DNA of 64,000 nucleotides, from the NCBI RefSeq assembly GCF_053078305.1, contig NZ_CP166879.1; one strand, given 5' to 3'. The translations under genes were made by a program, and so were the position numbers. The first letter of the stretch is position 1, and each line of letters begins with the position of its first letter. Below the pieces are notes generated by a model. That model saw only the letters and a list, made by a program, of their open reading frames with translations. It was not told the DNA's origin and did not search any database. Shown here piece by piece: positions 37,715 to 46,300 of this stretch.

Positions 37715-39233
37715 ATGACCACAAATAACTATCTGGAATATTTTCTGACTCTGCTGGGCTGGGTGGTGAATAACGGTCTGTGGAATGTGTTGATCAGCAC
37801 AGGACTGTTTGCCCTGCCACTGGCATTCAGGATCATCGGGATCTGGCTGAAAGTCAGGGAAGAAGGTGCGGATGAGGGAAACAAAGGGATGCTTTCCCTG
37901 CCGCGTATTGAGCATGTTCTCTATGGTGCTTTTTTTGTGATGATATCCTGCTGTGTTCCTCTGGTACAGGTGACGCTGGATACGCTGTCATTCGATAAAT
38001 CCAGGGCACAGACCTGTGGGGTATGGACACCTGAAGAGCCCGGAGAGACGGGGTACAGTGGGGTGATCAGCAGTATAGGGGATCAGACTGCTGCAGCCCC
38101 GGTATGGTGGGTGGTGGTTCATAAATTGTCGAAAGGTGTCACCCAGGCGGCAGTGGCTTCGATTCCGTGCCGGCCTGATTTGCGCCAGTTGCGTTTTGAG
38201 ATCCAGCGAACGTTTATAGAAAACAGGGCACTTGCTGATGAGCTGCAGGACTTTATGAACGACTGTTATTCACTGGCACTGTATGTGGAAACAGCGTGAT
38301 CAGGGGCAGAGTAAAGATAAAAAAGTGCTTGATGATATCTCCTGGATAGGGAGCGCCACATTCATGCAGGGGGATTACGGGACGCTGCAGTCAAAGATGC
38401 CGCGGGCTGCGTTCCCGTGGAATACAGCACGTGACAGCGGACGACCGGATACGGGGCGGGGAGGCTATCCGACATGCCGGGAGTGGTGGAGTGACAGTAG
38501 TGTGGGGCTGAAAAAACGGGTCATGGAGGAGGTCAGTGACCATTACTGGTTACGTCTGTCAGCTGCAATGAAGATGATTGGCAGTAGTCAGGTGGATTAT
38601 AAGGAGGAGGTGATCAAGCGTCTGGTGAGTCCGGCAAACCTGACGCTCTCTCAGGGGGGAGAGGTGTATCGTGGCTATGGTGGCAATGCAGATATGACGA
38701 CTATGAATGCGGTGGCCCGGATTGCGGGAACGGCGGGCAGTGCGGTAGCAGCACTGGGTGCGTTTCCGGCACTGGATGCAATGCGGCAGGCACTGCCGAT
38801 GGTACAGTCGATAATACTGATGGCGATTTACATCATGATACCGCTGATTCTGGCGTTTGCGGCATATGAACTGTCGACGTTAATCACACTGACGTTTGTG
38901 GTGTTTGCGGTACACTTTCTGACGTTCTGGTGGGAGCTTGCACGGTGGCTTGACAGCTGGATGCTGACGGCGCTGTACAGTTCGGATACACATACCCGGT
39001 TCAATATGATGGGATTCCAGAACACATCGGATGATCTGATAATGAATCTGGTGATGGGGACAATGTTTCTCGTCTTGCCGGCAGTGTGGCTGGGTGCGTT
39101 GTCCTGGGCTGGGGTGAATATGGGCTCTGTGGTTGGTGATACTTTTGGAAAAAGTACAAGTCATACCTTTCAAGCTGCATCAAAAAGTGGTGATCTTGCA
39201 TCTAGTGGAATTTCAAAAGGTATGAATAAATAA
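37715..39233 (+). pseudogene. traG: TraG-like (F-type TraG N-terminal domain) mating-pair protein, split into two frames
   Basis: 194-aa and 316-aa ORFs overlap at 38283-38299 in different frames. The downstream frame is open only from 38259 and ATG 38283 has no RBS. The two sum to about 510 aa, the size I recall for intact homologues. Confidence 0.5.
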
Positions 39234-39234
39234 G

Positions 39235-39267
39235 AAAAAGTCCAGTATAATTTATACTGGACTTTTT
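39235..39267 (+). terminator. bidirectional intrinsic terminator at the end of the transfer cluster
   Basis: AAAAA-GTCCAGTATA-ATT-TATACTGGAC-TTTTT. Confidence 0.75.
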
Positions 39268-39279
39268 GAATAAGTATCA

Positions 39280-39579
39280 TCATATGAAAGGCGTTTTTAT
39301 TTGTGTTGGTGAAATAAATGGAGATTCAATTTCTGATACAAATGGTGATTTATAAGATAGGTCTAAGGGCATGTCGTTATTATTTTTAATAACTGAAGCA
39401 GATTGTTTATTAGCCAAAAATGCACAAGTGACCTTTTTTACAAGGGAGTTGAAGGTCCATGGATTATCCATCGGCTTACAACGCCACATTGCTTTTTCAG
39501 ATTCGTTATTCATATCTATACCCTCGGCGCAGGATAAATAACACAGTGTTATCATACGTCTTGTATGATAAATGTGCAA
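39280..39579 (-). CDS. hypothetical protein (AT-rich)
   Basis: Track ORF only. Confidence 0.25.
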   Translation of the reverse strand: MHIYHTRRMITLCYLSCAEGIDMNNESEKAMWRCKPMDNPWTFNSLVKKVTCAFLANKQSASVIKNNNDMPLDLSYKSPFVSEIESPFISPTQIKTPFI

Positions 39580-39673
39580 TCACATGTCTTCCATTTGATG
39601 AGAGGCTGTGACGCCACATTACCTTGGGACACGGGGATTCTGTTGAAATGATCCATCTGAGAATGTATCTTGT

Positions 39674-39689
39674 TGTTATGTTATAACAT
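39674..39689 (+). promoter_or_regulatory. putative Zur box upstream of ykgM
   Basis: TGTTATGTTATAACAT, 13 nt upstream of the ATG, matches the TGTTAT..ATAACA core of the enterobacterial Zur operator (from memory). Confidence 0.55.
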
Positions 39690-39701
39690 GGGTGAAGACA
39701 G

Positions 39702-39965
39702 ATGAAACCAAATATCCATCCTGAATACCGCACAGTAGTGTTCCATGACACGAGTGTGGATGAGTACTTTAAAATAGGTTCTACCATCAAAACAGAGCGC
39801 GAGATTGAACTGGACGGTGTGACGTATCCGTATGTGACGATTGACGTTTCCTCCAAATCGCATCCGTTCTATACCGGTAAACTTAGAACGGTGGCATCAG
39901 AAGGCAATGTTGCCCGCTTTACTCAGCGTTTTGGTCGTTTCGTTGGGACTCAGAAGGGGGAATGA
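39702..39965 (+). CDS. ykgM: ribosomal protein L31 type B (zinc-independent paralogue)
   Basis: [31 protein letters not shown]...[20 protein letters not shown] is near-identical to E. coli YkgM as I remember it and lacks the CxxC zinc motif. Confidence 0.9.
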   Translation: MKPNIHPEYRTVVFHDTSVDEYFKIGSTIKTEREIELDGVTYPYVTIDVSSKSHPFYTGKLRTVASEGNVARFTQRFGRFVGTQKGE

Positions 39966-40105
39966 TGAAAGTGCTTAATTCTCTGCGAACGGCCAAAGAG
40001 CGACCTCCTGACTGTCAGATAGTGAAGCGCAAAGGGCGATTGTATGTAATTTGTAAATCCAATCCTCGTTTTAAGGCTGTTCAGGGACGCAAAAAAAAGC
40101 GTTGA
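39965..40105 (+). CDS. ykgO: ribosomal protein L36 paralogue
   Basis: Not in the track (46 aa). [46 protein letters not shown]. The start overlaps the ykgM stop by 1 nt. Confidence 0.85.
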   Translation: MKVLNSLRTAKERPPDCQIVKRKGRLYVICKSNPRFKAVQGRKKKR

Positions 40106-40320
40106 TTCCGAAGCTTGTACATAGACTGTGAGCAGTGCTCAGACATGATTTATGTCGGTACATTAGCATTGATGTGTGTCGGCATTAATTAATTTTTGTG
40201 GATGCGTTCTATCATTCATATCTTCCTGTGCTTTGCTGCTTGATGGGAAATCCTCTTCCAATATCACGGCGATGTTCACTTTTTGCGTAAGTGGACATCG
40301 CTGCGTATTTTTTGTTAGTT

Positions 40321-40584
40321 GGGGTTTGAGGCTCAGTGGAACAATAACCGCCGTTAAGCGGTCATTTTAAATAGCCAAAAATCAACCCAAAAATCAACCA
40401 GCCAATTTACATCGTGAATCTGCGTTCTTGGCTATCTGTTTTGGGGGGGCCAAGTTGGCTTTAGTCATCCTGGCCGTTTGCGGAACAAAAGACGTTGTTG
40501 ATCTCAACAGATTGATTTACCTGTTATTGACCATTCAATTGAACCGCTTAACCGCCTTTTGAGTTCCACTACTCCCCAAACCCC
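40321..40584. mobile_element. Tn3-family-derived miniature inverted-repeat element (TIME), 264 bp
   Basis: Terminal IRs GGGGTTTGAGGCTCAGTGGAAC...GTTAAGCGG and (reverse) GGGGTTTGGGGAGTAGTGGAAC...GTTAAGCGG resemble the Tn3 38-bp IR. 5-bp direct repeat TAGTT at 40316-40320 and 40585-40589. No transposase. Confidence 0.8.
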
Positions 40585-40588
40585 TAGT

Positions 40589-41683
40589 TTAGTTTTTAGT
40601 TTCCAACGGTGGTAATTTTTCAAGTGTCAGTAGTTCCTGCCCCTTTACCCGACGGCATTGGGAAGCTGCATCCTGAAGTTTTTCGCGAACGTTATTATCA
40701 TAGTCGGGATCCAATAGTTGGTATTGAAGACTATCTTTGTATGATTGAATGATATTTAGTGGACAGATAAGGCGTATATCACCGAGTGAATAAAGTTTTA
40801 CTGCCTTAAGTAAATAGTATTTTTCATCTGAAGAGCGAGCACTCTGCCAGGCTGAGTTTCTGAAATATTCAGCAGGATATGAGGTGGTCGGTATTCCATA
40901 AACATGAGGAGTCAAGTCCATGATTCCTGATATTTTAAGGAAAATAGTTAGTATTAGAGCTGGAACCATATGCACAAACGTAAAAATGAAGGCTAATATT
41001 CCAGCCATGATTCCGCCAGTCACAATTACCTGATTTAGCAAGCTGGTGCGGGTTCTTAACCTGAGGAAAACAATACAGGGAATAAGTGAAAAAATAATCA
41101 GAAGAATTGATAATACTATAACACTCAACACCTGCCAGAACTCGTTTATTCCTTCCGGGAATTCCAACGTATGAAGAAATAACTCAAGAGGAATAATATA
41201 TATGCAGGCTGCGTGGGTGAATAGCGTTGACTGTACAATATGCATGGAAAGAAACTTTTTGATCTGCTTCCACTTACCCTCTGTGCTTATCTGTCTATAA
41301 GTAATAGAGCCATTGAGACACAGAGAAAGTATAAAACTGCAAATCCAGATAATGCTTAACTGAAGTAGCACATATTGTTCAATTTCTTTTCCTGCGTTGT
41401 ACATGAGGAAAAAATAACCAAAAAATATCAGTGTTGATAATAGCGAGGTCAGAAGAACGATTTTGATGTTGTTTTCCGTCAGTTCATTCCGGAAATCACT
41501 TTCCCCTGGATAATTGGAAATATAGAATCCTGCCACTAGTGAGGGCATAAATAACGCCATGCAAAATAGGAGTACGCTGATACAAGCAAAGACCATCAGA
41601 TAACTGAACAATGATGAAAAAGAAATACTGTCAAAAAAAAGTCCTGTTTGTCCAATACGCGCAAGATGTGACCATATAAACAA
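40589..41683 (-). CDS. polytopic membrane protein (364 aa), unknown function
   Basis: About 8 hydrophobic segments plus a roughly 90-aa soluble C-terminus; AT-rich. Confidence 0.5.
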   Translation of the reverse strand: MFIWSHLARIGQTGLFFDSISFSSLFSYLMVFACISVLLFCMALFMPSLVAGFYISNYPGESDFRNELTENNIKIVLLTSLLSTLIFFGYFFLMYNAGKEIEQYVLLQLSIIWICSFILSLCLNGSITYRQISTEGKWKQIKKFLSMHIVQSTLFTHAACIYIIPLELFLHTLEFPEGINEFWQVLSVIVLSILLIIFSLIPCIVFLRLRTRTSLLNQVIVTGGIMAGILAFIFTFVHMVPALILTIFLKISGIMDLTPHVYGIPTTSYPAEYFRNSAWQSARSSDEKYYLLKAVKLYSLGDIRLICPLNIIQSYKDSLQYQLLDPDYDNNVREKLQDAASQCRRVKGQELLTLEKLPPLETKN

Positions 41684-41881
41684 TGCTACAATAGAAGTTG
41701 ACGCGATCGGTGTAAGGATTGTTAAAAACCAAGCACATAGTTTTATAAAATGTTTGTTTACTCTGTAATTTTCTATATTTTAGTGTCCATTCAAAGTTTG
41801 ACATATGATCTAGCTAATGACTCCATTTTTGGGCATTGCTTACCAACATACCTCTTATGTGTATTACTGTGAAGGAGAACG

Positions 41882-41998
41882 ATGAATAGCGACTATTCAC
41901 GTGGATCTCCACAACAACCATCAATATTCCAGCCATTATCATTCCCGGTATCCTTACCGGCATTACCTGTAGAATCGGTTATTGTTGTTGCCCTATAA
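41882..41998 (+). CDS. possible 38-aa small protein
   Basis: Strong RBS GAAGGAGAACG before the ATG. Not in the track. MNSDYSRGSPQQPSIFQPLSFPVSLPALPVESVIVVAL. Confidence 0.2.
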   Translation: MNSDYSRGSPQQPSIFQPLSFPVSLPALPVESVIVVAL

Positions 41999-42026
41999 CA
42001 CACTTTTGTGGCTATAACGTTTATAG

Positions 42027-42521
42027 CTATCGACAAAAAACCATATTAATTCTTTTGGAAAAAAGAAAATAAGGTATCCATATAACAACACCAAATATTC
42101 CACTCACTAATAATCTGATATTATCTGAATCCAGCTGTACGTCAAAAAGAATAGCCGGTAATAAAGTAAGATAGAGAGCAATAATCAGTCCTGTTGCATA
42201 ATAAGCGATCATGGCTTTTCGAGTTCCTTTTTTGCGTCTGAAAAACAACCACGTTGCATAAAGGGAAACAATGAATCCACATATCAGCAACACAAATGCC
42301 CCCATAGCGTAATAAGATAAAAAGCCAGTTTCATTGAAATAATTGAATGCAGTTATGGTAAAACTGTAAAGTTCAATAGTACTACCAATAACACCCAAGA
42401 TAAGTCCCAGAGCAGGAAGATATAATAGTCCATTAATTTTACTTAACTCTTCTCTTTCACAGGCATCACACAATCCCGACTCTTTGTTTGCTTCTGACAT
42501 TTTACATTTTATACATTCCAT
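42027..42521 (-). CDS. DUF2569-like membrane protein with an N-terminal CxxC...CxxC zinc ribbon
   Basis: CIKC...CDAC followed by four TM helices. The layout resembles YdgK/DUF2569 (from memory). Confidence 0.5.
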   Translation of the reverse strand: MECIKCKMSEANKESGLCDACEREELSKINGLLYLPALGLILGVIGSTIELYSFTITAFNYFNETGFLSYYAMGAFVLLICGFIVSLYATWLFFRRKKGTRKAMIAYYATGLIIALYLTLLPAILFDVQLDSDNIRLLVSGIFGVVIWIPYFLFSKRINMVFCR

Positions 42522-42606
42522 TTTTTATTCCATTATTCATTGCGTTACGATAATGTTTAGTTTTTTAAACATCCCCCACCACATGTATGGGGATTGTTGC
42601 AAATCT

Positions 42607-42862
42607 CACTTAGGATCTGATGGTGTTTTCTTACGGGAGTTAAATTTATCTATTAAATTAAATACTATTGTAGCTAATGTTATTGCTGTTCCTGCTATAC
42701 AACCAAAAACGATAGCTCTTTTAAACTGATTCACTGGAAAATAAAACCCATCACCTTTAAAAAATAAAAGATTGAAACCGCCCCTCCCAGAAATAGTAAC
42801 ATGACTATAGATGATAAACAGCTATAAAGGAACAATATCACATAACTATATAGTTGTTTCAT
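42607..42862 (-). pseudogene. cdiI: orphan cdiI homologue, frameshifted
   Basis: DNA and protein homology to cdiI 43100..43348 in two different frames: N-terminal MKQLYSYVILFLYSCLSSIVMLLFLGGAVSIFYFLK, C-terminal GDGFYFPVNQFKRAIVFGCIAGTAITLATIVFNLIDKFNSRKKTPSDPK. The shift is near A6 at 42759-42764. Confidence 0.65.
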
Positions 42863-43061
42863 TTTTTCTTATCCTCTGACGAACCTTTCGGTTTATTGAG
42901 TTATTGGCTCCTTCAGGTAACTCACCTTTGGCAAGTTTATCCAGTCCTGCCTGCTTCTGTTCCGAGGTGAGATTATTGGCATCAGCATACTGATTCCATG
43001 AGGAAACCGCCTGACCATAACTCACCATTCCTGATGGAAGACTGAGCGAGTTATTCTCAAC
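42846..43061 (-). pseudogene. orphan cdiA-CT remnant (VENN plus about 45 aa of CT, toxin core deleted)
   Basis: VENNSLSL...SSWNQYADANNLTSEQKQAGLDKLAKGELPEG parallels the cdiA sequence VENNALSF...TSWNKYAVDNNLTPEQTQAGLDKIAKGDMPDS, then ends after 17 unrelated codons. Confidence 0.65.
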
Positions 43062-43099
43062 AACAATCCTAACCGCAAAGGTTGGGATTGTTGTTAATC

Positions 43100-43348
43100 T
43101 CACTCAGGATCTGATGGAGGTTTTTTACGAGAATTAAACTTATCGATCAGATTAAAAACTATCGCTGCTAGTGTTATCGATGTACCTGCTATGCACCCAA
43201 ACACAATAACTCTTATCATTTGGTGGGTCGGGAAAAAAAAGAATCCTTTTGTTAGGTAAATAAATAAAGCTCCTCCCCCCATCAAAAGAAATCCACTGAT
43301 GATACAAAAGAGGCATGCATATATGAACAATACAATGTAAGCAATCAT
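43100..43348 (-). CDS. cdiI: CdiI immunity protein (82 aa, integral membrane)
   Basis: 4-nt overlap with the cdiA stop. Hydrophobic helices IVLFIYACLFCIISGFLLMGGGALFIY and VIVFGCIAGTSITLAAIVF. Confidence 0.7.
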   Translation of the reverse strand: MIAYIVLFIYACLFCIISGFLLMGGGALFIYLTKGFFFFPTHQMIRVIVFGCIAGTSITLAAIVFNLIDKFNSRKKPPSDPE

Positions 43349-46300
43349 TTCCCCTCCTCCTTCTTCGCGCTAGAAGAGAACTGATTATTACTACTTGCTT
43401 CTTTTATATATCCACCAAGAAATTCACTACCAAAAGATCCTGTCGCATCAAATATAAATCCCGGAAACTCTTTCCCAGTAACTGAGTTTACTATTCCGGG
43501 AGCATATACTCCAAATGCTCCACCCAATCCGGCCCCGGCAGCAGCCCCTCCAATAGAGCCTGTATTTGGACCATCGGTAAAGAATGCACCACCCATCGCA
43601 ATTCCGACGTTTTGTCCGACAGTTCTCCCCGGCGCAAGCATACCCGCAATGCCTGAACTGGCACTGCTTTTCCAGTCCCAGTTTTTGTTTTCATTACCTG
43701 GCTGGCTTAAATCAAACCACTGGTAACTTCCATTGGCTATCTCCGCGACGACTCCACCACTGACCATTTTACCGACCGAAGCAGCAGGCCCCAGATACCA
43801 TGCCCCGGCAATCATTACACCATCCTGATATCCATCCACGATCACTTTCGTGATATTGGTGCTGTCCGGCATATCACCTTTCGCTATCTTATCCAGTCCA
43901 GCCTGTGTTTGTTCCGGTGTCAGATTATTGTCCACCGCGTACTTGTTCCATGATGTAGCCGCAGCAGCATTGCTTTCAAAACCATCACCGAAGCTGAGCG
44001 CATTATTCTCAACCGTCGTCTTACCTGACTGTGCTCCGGCTACCGCTGAAGCTCCCGAATCTCCCACCAGACCACCGGCCAGGCCGGCAGCAACCGTTGC
44101 CAGTGTCGAGACCGTCTGCTTCTCTGTCCCGCTCAGTTCACTCACCGGCTTACCGTACATCTGTGTGGCTATCATTCCCACCACCTCGCCGGTGGCTGCG
44201 CCTGCGGCACCAGCCAGAGCATTCTTACCCTGTGCCAGAGACAGGGCTGCATTCACTACTGCATGAGCTGCCACACGTCCCGCACCGTCCGGGGTGGTCT
44301 GTTTGATAATTTCAGCAATATACGGTGCTGCACCACCTGCCAGGGCTGCACTCAGATTACCGCCGGCCAGCCCCTGTACTGCTGCCGTTGCGGCCTGTAT
44401 CGCCTGCTGGTATTTGCCTCCCGTTCCAAAACCTGAGGCCGCCATACCGTTATTGTAGGCCCGCTGCGCCACATCCTGTTCCGTGAACGGTTTTCCTGCT
44501 GCCTCAAGCTCCTCACGGGCCTGATTCAGTGCTGCCGGGTCCCGCTTCGCTTTCTCACCAGCTATCTGGCCTTCCGTTCTGGCAATATCTGCCACCTGGT
44601 TACCAATCTCACCAATGAGCTGCGCCTGCTGCAGTCGCTGCTGCTCTTTTTCCCTGTCAAAGATGGGGGACAGCGTCTGGTTTGCATGTGCTGCGTCACG
44701 GTTCAGGTCTGCCACATCCTGTTTCTGGCTCTGCGTATCCCGGATGGTGATATTCCCGGCAGACACAGCCGACTGAGTGGTGCTTTCTGCATGGCCTTCA
44801 TGATTTGCACCAACCAGCAGATTGTTGGCCATATTTCCCGCGAACTGGCCACCGATGCTGCCGCCAGTGCTGATACCCACGCTCTGGTGTTCAACTTTGT
44901 AATCAGCACGATTTTCGATATCACGGAAGCCCAGTGTACCGGTATCCAGCCGGTTTTTATCTGCCGTTGCCGTGGACGCAATCACCGCACCGTTCAGTTG
45001 CGTATGCTGTCCGGTGGTGACATCAAACCCGCCCCTGCCGGCAAAAATCCCCGTCTGCTCCTGCACACTGTCATAGTTACTGTGCATTTTATCCCGGCTG
45101 AGGCTCACACTCGCCGAACCGCTCATGGACCCGAAAGTGAAGCTGCCTCCGGCACTGGCATTCTGCTGCTTACTGTCATAACGGTCACTGTCCTGCTCAC
45201 TGGTCAGTGTCAGATGACGACCGGCATCCACTTTCACCGTTTCACCGCCGGCCTGCACGCCGGTAAGCGTGGTGTCCCGCCCGCTGATAATGGTCAGGCG
45301 GTTTCCCGCATCCACCGTGGTTTCTGTATGGGTGGTACCGTTGCCTTTTTCACTGCCCTTACCCTGGTTTGCGCTGGCTGAAACACTGATACCCCAGCCT
45401 CCGGCCCCCACACCGATACCGACACCCACACTGCCGCCACTGGATGAGTTCTTTCCTTCCAGCTTTGACGTGTTTTCTGCTGATACCAGATTCACGTCAC
45501 GGTTTGCCTGCAGCAGAACGTTGTTCCCTGCCTTTATCTGACTGCCCTGTATCGTCAGGTCACCATCCACGTCCTTCACGCCGGAGCCGGTGGCCTGAAT
45601 ACTGAGGTTATTACCTGCGGTCAGGGCGCTGTTCTTCGCCACCGTCTGCTCTGACTGCTGTTCTGATTTCGAAGACTGGCTGCCGTAAGAGAGGCTGATA
45701 CCCACGGCATTGTTATTCTCTTTCTGGTTGCCCTGTGCTTCTGCCAGTCGTCCGGCCTGCACGGCCTGAGCCCCCGAGAGCGCGGCCTTCACCCCCTGCA
45801 GGGCTTCAAGCCGGCTGTTTCCGGCAGATTTCGCCGCCTGCACGGTCTCCACCGTCGTGTTCAGGGCGCTGCCCACTGTGCCGGACAGGGCAAGCGTCAG
45901 ACCGGAGGTTTTCTGCTCCACCGAATGCGTCTGCACATGCCGGTCTGTGACGGCGCTAATGCTGACCTCCTTACCACTGAGTGCCATGTCCCTGCCGGCA
46001 ATCAGGTCAGCACTGTTGGCGCTCAGCCGGTTACCTGCCTGAAGGGAAACATCACCGTGAACACTCCCCACCGTGCTGCCTTTCTGTGTGCTGTCTGTTG
46101 CGGTGTCCGTGACTTTCAGACTCTGGCTGCCCACACTGAATCCCACACCTCCGGAGCTCATCAGCCCGGATTTTTTCTCCTGTTTCAGGTGTGTTTCACG
46201 GTTGCTTTCTGTCAGCGTGCCGATACTCAGGTCATTTCCGGCAGCCAGGGAGACACGGTTATCCCCGGCCACACTGCTGCCCGTGACGTTCAGATTATGT

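Noticed and set aside
39506-39863. Minus-strand ORFs overlapping the ykgM promoter and start
   Set aside because: They are antisense to a confidently identified gene and its operator. They are AT-rich and have no supporting signals.
40176-40370. Plus-strand 64-aa ORF
   Set aside because: It runs across the left inverted repeat of the Tn3-derived miniature element, so it cannot predate the insertion. It has no RBS.
42484-42729. Plus-strand 81-aa ORF
   Set aside because: It is antisense to the orphan cdiI remnant, whose homology to cdiI is on the minus strand.
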